From: Deltaproteobacteria bacterium
GTDB lineage: Bacteria; Desulfobacterota; Deferrimicrobia; Deferrimicrobiales; Deferrimicrobiaceae
NCBI GenBank assembly: GCA_016220005.1
Contig: JACRIV010000027.1
Span: 11,151 to 75,150, forward strand
Direction: 5' to 3'
Length of the DNA stretch: 64,000 bases
In this document: positions 46,887 through 56,636 of the stretch, piece after piece
Position numbering within the stretch: position 1 is the stretch's first letter
Layout: every line of letters starts with the position of its first letter
Position numbers and translations under genes: made by a program
The notes under the pieces: generated by a model
Databases searched by the model: none
What the model was told of the DNA's origin: nothing
Seen by the model: only the letters and a program-made list of their open reading frames with translations

Positions 46887-48257
46887 TTACCCCACCTCGT
46901 CGTAGGGGCGCAGTCGGAAGGCGACCCCTTCGATCGACTCGGCCAGGCGCCGCGCGGCCTTTTGGTCCAGGGCGGGCAAGGCCACGGCAGTGGCCGTGAC
47001 GGAAGGGACGTGGCGCGGCGCTTCCCGGAGGAAGTCGAGCAGGGCGGGGAAGGACGCGGTCCCGTAGCGGCTTGGGCAGATCCTTGCATAGGTCTCCGCG
47101 TCCGGGGCGTTCAGCGACACGGAGAGGGCGTCCACGAGGCCGGCAAGCTCCGGCAGCACGTTTCGGCCATGAACCAGGTTCGCCAGCCCGTCCGTGTTGA
47201 TACGGATCCTCGCCCCCTTGTGTTTGAGCGCCTTCGCGATCGCCTTGACGTCCTCGAGCCGGAGCAGCGGCTCCCCGAACCCGCAGAAGACGATCTCCTC
47301 GTACCGCGTCGGGTCGCCCACCTCCGCGAGGACTTCTGCAACGGACGGCTCCCCCGGCAGCTTGAGGTAGTGCCCCTTGACGTAGTAGTCGTCCCGCTTC
47401 GCGCAGAAGACGCAGGCGTTGGTGCACCGGTTGGTGATGTTCAGGTAAAGGGAGTTGCGGATCCTGTAGGCGATGCGGACCTCCTCGTCGACCGGGATGC
47501 GGAAGATCCGCTTGGCGGCAAGCGAGGTGACCCGGCCCACGTCCTCCTCGGTGACCCCCTTGATCTCGGCGATCTTCCGGGCCACAAGGGGGACGAAGGC
47601 GGGCTCGTTCGGCTTTCCCCGGTGCGGGACGGGCGCAAGGAACGGACAGTCGGTCTCGATGAGGAGCTTCGCAAGGGGGATCCGACGGACCGCCTCCGCC
47701 TGCTTCTCGGAGCCCTTGTAGGTGATCGCCCCGGGGATGGAGATGAGGAAGTTCATGGCGATCGCCTTCCGCGCCATCTCGAGGTCCCCCGAGAAGCAGT
47801 GGATGATACCGCCCACCTCGGCGGCCTTTTCTTCCGCCAGGATGGCGAGGATCTCGTCGTGGGCGTCCCGGTCGTGGACGATGACCGGGAGGCGCCTGCG
47901 GCGGGCCAGCCGGACCTGCTCGCGGAAGGCGGCCCGCTGGGCGTCGCGGGGGGACCGGTCGCGGAAGAAGTCGAGCCCCGTCTCGCCGATCCCGACCACC
48001 TTGTCGCAGCGGGAAAGGCGGTCGAGGCGCTCCACGAGAATGTCGGAGCACTCGGAGGCGTCGTGCGGGTGCAGTCCCACGGCGGCGTAGACGCCCGCGT
48101 GGCGGTGGGCGATCGCGATCGCCTTCTCGTCGCTGCGGGGGTGGATGCCGATCGTGACGATGTGGGCGACGCCGGCCTCCCGGGCGCGGCGCACGACCTC
48201 CTCCTCCGCGTCGCACAGCGGCTCGAGGTCCAGGTGGGCGTGGGAGTCAAAAAACAT
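46887..48257 (-). CDS. tatD: TatD family nuclease fused to a radical SAM domain
   Basis: DSHAHLD, GETGLD, IIHCFSG, ETDCPFL, then YLNITNRCTNACVFC (CxxxCxxC), FCGFGEP. Confidence 0.92.
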   Translation of the reverse strand: MFFDSHAHLDLEPLCDAEEEVVRRAREAGVAHIVTIGIHPRSDEKAIAIAHRHAGVYAAVGLHPHDASECSDILVERLDRLSRCDKVVGIGETGLDFFRDRSPRDAQRAAFREQVRLARRRRLPVIVHDRDAHDEILAILAEEKAAEVGGIIHCFSGDLEMARKAIAMNFLISIPGAITYKGSEKQAEAVRRIPLAKLLIETDCPFLAPVPHRGKPNEPAFVPLVARKIAEIKGVTEEDVGRVTSLAAKRIFRIPVDEEVRIAYRIRNSLYLNITNRCTNACVFCAKRDDYYVKGHYLKLPGEPSVAEVLAEVGDPTRYEEIVFCGFGEPLLRLEDVKAIAKALKHKGARIRINTDGLANLVHGRNVLPELAGLVDALSVSLNAPDAETYARICPSRYGTASFPALLDFLREAPRHVPSVTATAVALPALDQKAARRLAESIEGVAFRLRPYDEVG

Positions 48258-48268
48258 CTGCGCTTCCC

Positions 48269-48437
48269 GCCCGCGGGCAAGCCGCCGCAACGGGATGCCC
48301 TTCGCGGGGGTCTGAGCGACGAAGTGAGAGCCAGGGATGGCGGAACGAGGAGCGACGAAGCCGCCGCCCGCCCAGGGACGGACGGGCAAGGCGTCCCCCG
48401 CGAGGGGTATCCCGTGAGGCGAGCATAGCACGCGGGC
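48269..48437. repeat. 169-bp dispersed repeat (MITE-like), copy B
   Basis: Matches 38310-38478; terminal inverted repeat GCCCGCGGGC..GCACGCGGGC. Confidence 0.9.
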
Positions 48438-48476
48438 TGCGCTCCGCCGGCGTAACGGACTCCGGCATCGGCGGCT

Positions 48477-50009
48477 CTACTCTTCGATTCGGGGGAAGGC
48501 GACGGCGGACTTCGGGAGGGTCACGCCGGACCGGAGGCCCCCCCACGCGCCCGCGGAGGAAACGAGCGCCTTCGCCACCTCGCCCTCGCAGCCGAGCGCC
48601 TCCCACATCTTCTGCGCGGCGGTGGGGACGACGGGGGCGGCAAGGAGCACGCAGATCCGCGCGGCCTCCAGGATGTTGTAGAGGACCGTCCCGAGGCGTT
48701 CCCGGTCGGCGGGGGATTTCGCGAGCGTCCACGGGGATTGGGCTTCCACGTACCGGTTGGCGGCCTTCACGAGGTCCCACACGGCGGAGAGCGCCTTGTG
48801 GAATTCCACATTCTCCATCGCGGCGTCCACGGCGGAGAGCACCTCCCGCGACAGGGCGATGAGCGCGAGGTCCTCCTCCCCGGCGAGGGAGGGGGCGGGC
48901 ACCGTTCCGCCGAAATATTTCCCCAGCATCCCCAGGGTCCGGTTCAGGAGGTTCCCGAAATCGTTGGCCAGGTCCGAGTTGATCCGGTGCACCATGGCCT
49001 TCTTCGAGAAGTCGCCGTCGAGCCCGAAAGGGACCTCCCGGAGGAGGAAGTACCGGAACGCGTCCGCCCCGTAGGTCTCCACCATCTGGTAGGGGTCGAC
49101 GACGTTCCCCAGGGACTTGCTCATCTTCCGGCCTTCGACGGTCCACCAGCCGTGCGCGAACACGCCCAGGGGCGGGGCGACCCCCGCCGACATCAGGAAC
49201 GCGGGCCAGTACACGGCGTGGAACCGGAGGATGTCCTTCCCCACCATGTGGATGTCCGCCGGCCAGAAGGTCTCGAAATTTTCTCCGCCGTCCGGGTGCC
49301 CCACTCCGGTGACGTAGTTCGTAAGCGCGTCGTACCATACGTAGATCACGTGCCCCGGGTGCCCGGGGATCGGGATCCCCCAGGCGAGGGAGGTTCGGGA
49401 GACCGAAAGATCGTTCAAGCCCCCCTCCACGAAGGCGACGACCTCGTTCCGGCGGCTCTCCGGCCGGATGAAGGCGGGGTTCTTCTCGTAGTAGTCGAGG
49501 AGCGGTTCTTGGTACTTCGAGAGGCGGAAGAAGAAGGAGGGCTCCTTCCGCTTCTCCACGGGCCGCCCGCAGTCGGGGCACTTCCCGTCGACGATCTGCA
49601 GGTCGGTCCAGTACGACTCGCAGGGGGTGCAGTACCATCCCTCGTACTCGCCGAGGTAGATGTCCCCGTTGCCCAGCGACTTCCGGAAGAGATCCTGGAC
49701 GGACGCGTAGTGCCTCGGCTCCGTGGTGCGGATGAAGTCGTCGTTGGAGATGTGCAGCGCCGGGGTCAGGCCCTGGAACCTTGTGACCACGCGGTCGGCC
49801 AGCTCGCGGGGGGCCAGCCCTTGACGTGCGGCGGTCTTCTGGACCTTCTCCCCGTGCTCGTCGGTCCCCGTGAGGAAGAACACCTTCTGCCCTTTCATCC
49901 GGTGGTATCGGGCGAGGACGTCGGCGGCGATCGTGGTGTAGGCGTGGCCGATGTGGGGGACGTCGTTGACGTAGTAGATCGGGGTCGTAACGTAAAACGT
50001 GGACTTCAC
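48477..50009 (-). CDS. metG: Methionine--tRNA ligase (short form without C-terminal tRNA-binding domain)
   Basis: TTPIYYVN..HIGH, GTDEHG, KMSKS; GTG start overlapping the upstream stop. Confidence 0.96.
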   Translation of the reverse strand: MKSTFYVTTPIYYVNDVPHIGHAYTTIAADVLARYHRMKGQKVFFLTGTDEHGEKVQKTAARQGLAPRELADRVVTRFQGLTPALHISNDDFIRTTEPRHYASVQDLFRKSLGNGDIYLGEYEGWYCTPCESYWTDLQIVDGKCPDCGRPVEKRKEPSFFFRLSKYQEPLLDYYEKNPAFIRPESRRNEVVAFVEGGLNDLSVSRTSLAWGIPIPGHPGHVIYVWYDALTNYVTGVGHPDGGENFETFWPADIHMVGKDILRFHAVYWPAFLMSAGVAPPLGVFAHGWWTVEGRKMSKSLGNVVDPYQMVETYGADAFRYFLLREVPFGLDGDFSKKAMVHRINSDLANDFGNLLNRTLGMLGKYFGGTVPAPSLAGEEDLALIALSREVLSAVDAAMENVEFHKALSAVWDLVKAANRYVEAQSPWTLAKSPADRERLGTVLYNILEAARICVLLAAPVVPTAAQKMWEALGCEGEVAKALVSSAGAWGGLRSGVTLPKSAVAFPRIEE

Positions 50010-50761
50010 GATGCTCCTTCCTCCTCGTCGCCGAAGCGGAAGGAGAGCTCGTCGCCCTCCCCGGCGTCGGGAGGGGGAGGCGCCTCCCCGCGGGCCGCGG
50101 CGCACGTCTCGCAGGACTTGGGCCTGGCGTAGGATTCGTGCTCGTAGATGAGGCAGCACATGAGCCGGCCGCAGACGCCCGACAGCTTCGCGGGATTCAG
50201 GGCCAGCTTCTGGTCCTTGGCCATCTTCACCGTGATGGGCTCGAAGTCGTTGAGGAAGGCGGCGCAGCAGAGATTCTTGCCGCACGGCCCGATCCCCCCG
50301 ACCACCCGCGCCTCGTCCCGGACGCCGATCTGCCGCATCTCGATGCGGGTCCGGAGTTCGTGGGCCAGGTCCTTGACCAGCTCCCGGAAGTCGATGCGGC
50401 CGTCGGCGGTGAAGTAGAAGATCGCCTTGCTCCTGTCGAGGAGCACCTCGGTCCGCGCCAGCTTCATGGGGAGCTGCCTCGCCTCGATCCGCTTCAGGCA
50501 GAAGGCGTGCGCCTCGGCCTCGCGCCGGGCGTTCTCCTGGTGGGCGTGGACGTCGTCGCCCGTCGCGGCCCGGACGACCTTTGCATACTGGAGCTTCCGC
50601 CCGGCGGGAGCGTGGCCCTCGATCCGCTGGACGACCTCGCCCAGCACCGCCCCCCGCTCGGTCTGCACGACCACGTAGTCCCCTTTCTTCAAGGGGGTTC
50701 CCGTGCAATCGTAGTGGTGCATCTTGCAGATGCCTCGGAGCCTTACACCAGCCAGATCCAT
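50006..50761 (-). CDS. ricT: PSP1/RicT (YaaT-like) protein
   Basis: FTADGRIDFRELVKDL, RIEMRQIGVRDEA, GPCG..CC, SGVCGRLMCCL. Confidence 0.92.
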   Translation of the reverse strand: MDLAGVRLRGICKMHHYDCTGTPLKKGDYVVVQTERGAVLGEVVQRIEGHAPAGRKLQYAKVVRAATGDDVHAHQENARREAEAHAFCLKRIEARQLPMKLARTEVLLDRSKAIFYFTADGRIDFRELVKDLAHELRTRIEMRQIGVRDEARVVGGIGPCGKNLCCAAFLNDFEPITVKMAKDQKLALNPAKLSGVCGRLMCCLIYEHESYARPKSCETCAAARGEAPPPPDAGEGDELSFRFGDEEEGAS

Positions 50762-50765
50762 CGTT

Positions 50766-51746
50766 TCAATCCTTTTTGTGCACGCCAAATAAAAATGCCT
50801 CCATCGCCAGCCGCTTCTGGGCCTGGGGAGGCAGGCGGGACATGGAGAGCAGCGCCTGGAACGCGCCGGCCCACCCGTAAGGGCTCTTCCGGCCGGCTAT
50901 GGCGCCGAGCATGTCCCGGAAATCTTCGTTTATTATATCCGTTCTCACTCCCGAAGATAAGAGGGCGAGGTCCCGGACGAGGGAGAGCGGGACCGCGATC
51001 TGCCCCTTGCGCTCCCCCGTCTTCTTCCACGCCTCTCCCGCCGCTGCGATCCCCGCGGGGTCCATGCGGGAGAACAGGCCTACCCACGCCTGGCGCTCTT
51101 CCCCCGTCTCTTCGAGCAGCAGGAGCGCCCGGCCCGGGCTTCCCCCGGCGCAGGCCGCTGCGGCCCGGACCTCAACGGGGTCGTACCGCTTCCCCACGGA
51201 GGGGATTCCCCGGAGGATCTCCACCACTTCCTCCGGAGGGAGCGTGGCGAAGGGGACCTTCTGGCAGCGCGAGATGATCGTGGGAGGGAGCTCCGAAAGC
51301 CTGTGGGCGACGAGCACGAGATGCGTGGACGGCGGGGGCTCCTCGAGCGTCTTGAGCAGGGCATTCGCCGCTTGGAGGGTCATGCGGTCCGCCGGGCAGA
51401 TGAGCGCCGCCCGGGGCCTCTCGGAGAACGCCTTGAGGGACAGCTCCTCCTTCAGCGCTCGGATCTCCGCGATCTGGATGAAGTGGTTCTCCGGCGAGAC
51501 GCGCAGGAGGTTGGGGTGGGCCCCGGAGGCGAAGCGGCGGCATTCGGGGCATCCCCCGCACGCGCCGTCGGCCGTCCGGCGGCGGCAGAAGAGGGCGCCG
51601 ATGAAGGCCATGGCCGCCTTCTCCTTGCCGATACCCTCCTCGCCGAAGAAGAGAAGCCCGGGGGGGACCATCCCCGACGCAAGGTAGCGGCGCAGGAGGG
51701 CGACCGCCCGGTCCTGCCCCCGGATGGCGGAAAGGGGCTCTACCAT
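50766..51746 (-). CDS. holB: DNA polymerase III delta' subunit
   Basis: LLFFGEEGIGK, C..CGGCPEC, AANALLKTLEEPP, TIISRC; follows tmk. Confidence 0.92.
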   Translation of the reverse strand: MVEPLSAIRGQDRAVALLRRYLASGMVPPGLLFFGEEGIGKEKAAMAFIGALFCRRRTADGACGGCPECRRFASGAHPNLLRVSPENHFIQIAEIRALKEELSLKAFSERPRAALICPADRMTLQAANALLKTLEEPPPSTHLVLVAHRLSELPPTIISRCQKVPFATLPPEEVVEILRGIPSVGKRYDPVEVRAAAACAGGSPGRALLLLEETGEERQAWVGLFSRMDPAGIAAAGEAWKKTGERKGQIAVPLSLVRDLALLSSGVRTDIINEDFRDMLGAIAGRKSPYGWAGAFQALLSMSRLPPQAQKRLAMEAFLFGVHKKD

Positions 51747-52366
51747 CCGAAGCGGGCCTCCGCAGCCTCCCGCACGAGGCGGAAGACCTCGTTCGGCGGG
51801 GGAGCACCGTTGAGCAGGATGAACCGTTCGGGAGCCCGCGACGTCATGGTCAGGTACCCTTGGCGGACCTTCCGGTGGAACTCCATTTTCTCCGACTCGA
51901 TCCTGTCAGGCCGGGTCCCACGGCCTCGGAGGCGGATAAATCCCTCCTCGGGGTCCACGTCGAGGTAGAAAGTGAGGTTGGGAGCGAGCCCTGCGGAGGC
52001 GAAGAGGTTGAACCGGTCCACCGACTCCCGGTCAAGACCCCGCGCGAACTCCTGATACGCCGACGTCGCGTCGAAAAACCGGTCGCACAAGACCGCCCGG
52101 CCGGAGGAGAGTGCGGGAAGGATGACCGAGCGCACGTGCTGCGCCCTCGCGGCCTCGTAAAGGAGCAACTCCGTTTCCGGGAAAACAGTCTCTTCGCGCG
52201 GAGACAGAAGGAGGAAGCGTATTTCGTCCGCAAGCGGAGTGCCCCCCGGCTCGCGGGTCACGACGTGCGCGATCCCCTTCGCCTTGAGGTGTTCCGAGAG
52301 CATCCGGACCTGGGTGGTCTTCCCGGACCCCTCGATCCCCTCAAACGTGACGAACGGTGCAGGCAC
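51740..52366 (-). CDS. tmk: Thymidylate kinase
   Basis: FEGIEGSGKTTQ, TREPGG, CDRF. Confidence 0.96.
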   Translation of the reverse strand: MPAPFVTFEGIEGSGKTTQVRMLSEHLKAKGIAHVVTREPGGTPLADEIRFLLLSPREETVFPETELLLYEAARAQHVRSVILPALSSGRAVLCDRFFDATSAYQEFARGLDRESVDRFNLFASAGLAPNLTFYLDVDPEEGFIRLRGRGTRPDRIESEKMEFHRKVRQGYLTMTSRAPERFILLNGAPPPNEVFRLVREAAEARFGW

Positions 52367-52376
52367 GCTTCATCTT

Positions 52377-52462
52377 TCGGGAGGACATTCATTCTGCAGG
52401 AGGCGCCCCGCTCCGCTTGATACCCCTTCCTCGCTACGCTGCGCCTCCGAATGTTCTCCCGA
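52377..52462. repeat. Composite palindromic repeat remnant
   Basis: TCGGGAGGACATTC..GGAGGCGC..GCGCCTCC-GAATGTTCTCCCGA nested inverted repeats; GCTGCGCCTC also ends copy 2 of the bipartite repeat. Confidence 0.6.
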
Positions 52463-52491
52463 CGCGAGTCCGTATTTATTAATCGGTGTGC

Positions 52492-55400
52492 TCAGCATTC
52501 CGAGAACCCGCACGACCGGCACTTGAGGCACCCCTCCTGCATCTCGACCTGGCTTCCGCAGTCGGGGCACGCGCCGCGCACGATCTCCCGATTCTCGCCG
52601 TCCGGGTCGCCGGACCGGAAAAGGGAGGGAGCGCCGCCGCCCGCCGGGGACGCCCCGGAGGCGGGGAGGCCCGCGAACATCTTGTCGACGTTCTCCATGT
52701 ACCATTCGATGGCCTTCGAGACCGCGTCCGCGCACGACAGGATCTTCCCGCCGTTGCCGCCCCAGGCGGGGAGGTGGCAGGAAATCCCCTTCAACTGCTT
52801 GATGATCATGTCGGGCTGGACGCCGGAGCGCAGGGCGAGAGACACGAGCCTGCCGATCGCCTCCGACTGGGAAGCGGCGCACCCGCCGGCCTTTCCCATC
52901 TGGTTGAAGATCTCGAAGATCCCGCGCTGGTCCCGGTTGATCGTGACGTAGAGCTTCCCGCAGCTCGTCTTCATCTCCTTGGTGACGCCCAGCAGGGTGT
53001 CGGGGCGGGGCCGCGGCGTGGCGTAGCCCGGCAGCGAAGCCTGAGGGGGAGCGGGTTCCGCGCCGGCCTCCTTGCGGCCGACCTCGCCGATGTTCAGCAC
53101 CTGCTCCTCGCGGCTCTTGTCCCGGTAGACGGTGACTCCCTTGCAGCCCAGCCGGCAGGCGAGGACGAAGACCTTGCGGACCTCCTCCCGGGTCGCCTCG
53201 GCGGGGAAGTTGACCGTCTTGGAGACGGCGTTGTCCACGTATTTCTGGAAGGCGGCCTGCATCCGCAGGTGCGCCTCGGGCGAGATGTCGTGGGCGGTCA
53301 CGAAGACCCGGCGGACCTCCTCCGGGATCCCTTCCACGTGGCGCAGAGAGCCCGCCCGGGAGATCTCCTCCATCTTCTCGACCGAGTAGAGGCCGCGCCG
53401 GCGCATCTCCGCCTCGAAGAGGGGATGGACCTCCACCAGGTGGTCGTTGTCCATCACGTTGCGGGTGAACGACAGGGCGAAGAGCGGCTCGATCCCGCTG
53501 CTGCAGCCGGCGATGATGCTGATCGTCCCCGTGGGGGCGATCGTCGTCGTGGTGGCGTTCCGCCGGGGGATCCCCCCCTTCTCGGGGAAGACGCTGATCC
53601 CGTAGTTCGGGAACGACCCCCGCTCGCGCGCCAGAAGGCACGAGGCGGCCGTCGACTCCTCCTGGACGAAGCTCATGACCTCCTGGCCGATCGCCAGCGC
53701 CTCGTCCGAGTCGTAGGGAACGCCGAGCCGGATCAGCATGTCGGCGAACCCCATGACCCCCAGCCCGATCTTGCGGTTGCCCATCGTCATCTGCCGGATC
53801 TCGTTCAGGGGGTAGTTGTTCATGTCGATGACGTCGTCCAGGAACCGGACCGCGTTGTGGATCATCACCTTGAGCTTCTCGTAGTCGATCCGCGTGCCGC
53901 CGTTCTCCCCCGAGATCATGTTGGCGAGGTTGACCGACCCCAAATTGCACGATTCGTAAGGCAAAAGCGGCTGCTCTCCGCATTGCAGAACGTTGACGTA
54001 GTGGTGGCAGGGGTCGCCGTCGATCTCCCCCGGGAAATGGCCGACGTAGAAATTGTGGCAGTCGTCGACGGTCCCGTTGTAGACGTCCTCCACGCCATCG
54101 GGCACGACGGCCACGACCCGGTGGTTATACGTCTTTGAGGCTCCTTTCAGCGCCTCGTAGGTAGGGAACCCGAACTCCGTGCCGAGACGCCTCGAGATCC
54201 CTTCCGCCGCACAGCGATCCTCCCACTCCTTCTTGAGCGGCATGCGGCCCGTCTCGAATTTCAATTCGAGGAGGCACTCCACCTGCCCCCGCCTCGTGTC
54301 CTCCGACCTGGCGGCGTAGGCGCCCCGCACGCCTTCGGCGATCTTCCGGCGGATCCCCGAATCGCCGTTGTGTCGGGACAGGCAGCACGCCCTCGTGCAG
54401 AACGATTGCTCCCGCCGGCTCCATTCCACCGAGAACGCCTTGCCGCAGTGTTCGCACGTTCGTTCCACCATGACGACGTTGTCGTCGAGGAAGCAGCGGA
54501 GATCGGTAGCGCCCTGGCACTCTTCAAGCTTTCTTAGCGCCCGCCCGCGGATTCCTTCCATGAACGCATCGCGGGTCCCGGCCATGGCCGTTCTCACGGC
54601 CTCGACGTGACGGGCACGGAAGCCTTCGTCCATGAAGCGAACCGTCGTCGCGGACCCGATTCGAGCCTTGGTTGCCTCGCCGCGCGTGGCACCGACATGG
54701 TGCTTCAGCCGCAATTCCTGCTGCCTGACGGGGTCGTTCATCCAATTCTTTTCGGGGAAGCGCCGCATCGGGTTCTTTTCCCCTTCGCGGTCCTTCGAAT
54801 GGTGCCTGTCGTGCGCCTCCTTCGTCATGACGGCGAGGTTGGCCGGGTCGTTGTTGAGACCGTCGTAATCGCGATGGTGGACCACGTGCCTGCGCCAATC
54901 GAGGCTCTTGCCGGCCTGCCGGCGATGGTGGAAGTTGGCGATGAGCCGGTGCTCGAGCTCCCAACTCGGGCGGTCGGTCGTGGAAACCCACCGGTAGGGT
55001 TGGGGGCTTCCGCTCGAGTGCGGCAGCAGCTTTTCGAACGAGGACGTGCGGCGAGTCATGAGGCTGAGGCTGTCACCCGGAACAAGGTCCTGTGCCTCCT
55101 TGACGCGGCCGTCGGAAAGGACGAACCGGTGGTTCTCCGTGACGCGCAGGAAGCTGCCGTCGTCGAGCGTGACCTTGAGGATCGGCTTGCGCCGGCCGGT
55201 GACGCGCGGATTCCGCATCGTCCGCACCGTGGCCCGGCCTTTCTCGTTACGGCAGAAGACCGGCACGTCCTTCCCTTCCTCGGCGAGCTGGCGGATGGGC
55301 ACGGCGCCGCGGCCGTCGGCCACTGCGACGAGCATTTCGCCCGTAAGGCAGGGGTTCGTGCTCTCGATGGCCCCGAGCTTGGGAGTGGGGTTGTCCCGGT

Positions 55401-56301
55401 TGATCCGATCGAGGAAGATGATCCCCGGCTCGCCGTTTCGCCACGCGGAGTCGACGATCTTCTCGAACACCTCCCGCGCCTTGAGGCGGGCGGCGACCTC
55501 CCGGGAGTGGGGGTTGACCAGGTCGTACTCGGAGTCGGCCTCCACCGCCTTCATGAACTCCTCGGTCAGCGCCACCGAGATGTTGAAGTTGTTCAGCCGG
55601 TCGTTCTTCGTCTTGCAGGTGATGAAGTCGAGGATGTCGGGATGGTCCACGCGGAGGATCCCCATGTTGGCGCCCCGCCTCGTGCCTCCCTGCTTGATCG
55701 TCTCGGTGGCGGCGTCGAACACGGTCATGAAGGAAATGGGTCCGGAGGAGATCCCCTTGGTCGACTTGACCACATCGTGCTTGGGCCGCAGCCGGGAGAA
55801 GGAGAAGCCGGTCCCCCCGCCGCTCTTGTGGATGAGGGCGGTGTTCTTGACCGCTTCGAAGATGGAGTCCATCGAGTCGTCGACGGGCAGCACGAAACAG
55901 GCCGACAGCTGCTGCAGCTCCCGCCCCGCGTTCATCAGGGTGGGGGAGTTGGGGACGAAGTCCATTCGGGACATCATCGCATAGAAGGTCTCCGCCCACT
56001 GCAGCACCACCTCGGGGATGGCGCCGTAGTATAGCCCTTCCGCCGACGCGATGTTGCACGCGACGCGGGCCGCCATCTCCTCGGGAGACTCGAGGGCCTT
56101 CCCGTGTGCGTCCTTCTTGAGGTACCTCCGTTCCAGCACTTTCCGCGCGTTTTCGGAGATCGGGAGCGGGCCGTATTTCCGGGAAATCCGCTCGATCCAC
56201 TCCTTGGCCGGGATTCCGGCGACCCCCTTCCCCGGGGTCCGGGCGACGGCTCCCTTGAAATCGGTTCCTGCCTTCGCCTCGGCTGGCGCATTCAGGTCCA
56301 T
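52492..56301 (-). CDS. nrdJ: Class II (adenosylcobalamin-dependent) ribonucleotide reductase, intein-containing
   Basis: PNSPTLMNAG, SACFV, GGTRRGANM, NP/CGE, CNLGS, TIAPTGT, KGVTVYRD; C-terminal TSCPD-type and zinc-ribbon domains. Confidence 0.95.
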   Translation of the reverse strand: MDLNAPAEAKAGTDFKGAVARTPGKGVAGIPAKEWIERISRKYGPLPISENARKVLERRYLKKDAHGKALESPEEMAARVACNIASAEGLYYGAIPEVVLQWAETFYAMMSRMDFVPNSPTLMNAGRELQQLSACFVLPVDDSMDSIFEAVKNTALIHKSGGGTGFSFSRLRPKHDVVKSTKGISSGPISFMTVFDAATETIKQGGTRRGANMGILRVDHPDILDFITCKTKNDRLNNFNISVALTEEFMKAVEADSEYDLVNPHSREVAARLKAREVFEKIVDSAWRNGEPGIIFLDRINRDNPTPKLGAIESTNPCLTGEMLVAVADGRGAVPIRQLAEEGKDVPVFCRNEKGRATVRTMRNPRVTGRRKPILKVTLDDGSFLRVTENHRFVLSDGRVKEAQDLVPGDSLSLMTRRTSSFEKLLPHSSGSPQPYRWVSTTDRPSWELEHRLIANFHHRRQAGKSLDWRRHVVHHRDYDGLNNDPANLAVMTKEAHDRHHSKDREGEKNPMRRFPEKNWMNDPVRQQELRLKHHVGATRGEATKARIGSATTVRFMDEGFRARHVEAVRTAMAGTRDAFMEGIRGRALRKLEECQGATDLRCFLDDNVVMVERTCEHCGKAFSVEWSRREQSFCTRACCLSRHNGDSGIRRKIAEGVRGAYAARSEDTRRGQVECLLELKFETGRMPLKKEWEDRCAAEGISRRLGTEFGFPTYEALKGASKTYNHRVVAVVPDGVEDVYNGTVDDCHNFYVGHFPGEIDGDPCHHYVNVLQCGEQPLLPYESCNLGSVNLANMISGENGGTRIDYEKLKVMIHNAVRFLDDVIDMNNYPLNEIRQMTMGNRKIGLGVMGFADMLIRLGVPYDSDEALAIGQEVMSFVQEESTAASCLLARERGSFPNYGISVFPEKGGIPRRNATTTTIAPTGTISIIAGCSSGIEPLFALSFTRNVMDNDHLVEVHPLFEAEMRRRGLYSVEKMEEISRAGSLRHVEGIPEEVRRVFVTAHDISPEAHLRMQAAFQKYVDNAVSKTVNFPAEATREEVRKVFVLACRLGCKGVTVYRDKSREEQVLNIGEVGRKEAGAEPAPPQASLPGYATPRPRPDTLLGVTKEMKTSCGKLYVTINRDQRGIFEIFNQMGKAGGCAASQSEAIGRLVSLALRSGVQPDMIIKQLKGISCHLPAWGGNGGKILSCADAVSKAIEWYMENVDKMFAGLPASGASPAGGGAPSLFRSGDPDGENREIVRGACPDCGSQVEMQEGCLKCRSCGFSEC
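53983..55350 (-). mobile_element. Intein (456 aa) with HNH homing endonuclease and C-terminal Gln
   Basis: Inserted in TNP|CGE. Block A CLTGEMLVAVADG, block B VTENH, block F VYNGTVDDCHNFYV, end YVNVLQ|C; HNH-like VHHRDYDGLNNDPANL. Confidence 0.92.
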
Positions 56302-56354
56302 TTTTCACTCCATCCGGGGCGCTTTTCGGGGAAAAGCGCCGAGTCAATTATATG

Positions 56355-56401
56355 ATAGCTTATCTTGTGGCCTTCAGGATCACGGATACAAGATATTGTG
56401 T
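56355..56401 (-). promoter_or_regulatory. Tandem NrdR boxes overlapping the nrdJ promoter
   Basis: Minus strand ACACAATATCTTGTAT and CCACAAGATAAGCTAT, 31 bp apart; TTGACA(56418-56413)-N17-TATCTT. Confidence 0.8.
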
Positions 56402-56507
56402 CCGCCATACCCTGTCAAGAAAAAGGCGGGCGCAAAAAATAATTCCGCTAACTGGCGCTCCCCTCGGCAATTCCAAGTCGATAAAACAATGTTTAGCCCG
56501 CCGGCTT

Positions 56508-56636
56508 CTAGAGGATGCGCCGGATCTCCTCGGGGAGGTCATCGGGCAACGGCGCGTTTCTAAAGATGATTTCCTCGAGGATGCGGTCCTGCAGCCCCAG
56601 GAGCCGCGCCAGGGGGGCGATTGCGGTCTCTCCCAT
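56508..56636 (-). CDS. Possible small protein (42 aa)
   Basis: MGETAIAPLARLLGLQDRILEEIIFRNAPLPDDLPEEIRRIL; host-like codons; purine-rich upstream sequence. Confidence 0.35.
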   Translation of the reverse strand: MGETAIAPLARLLGLQDRILEEIIFRNAPLPDDLPEEIRRIL

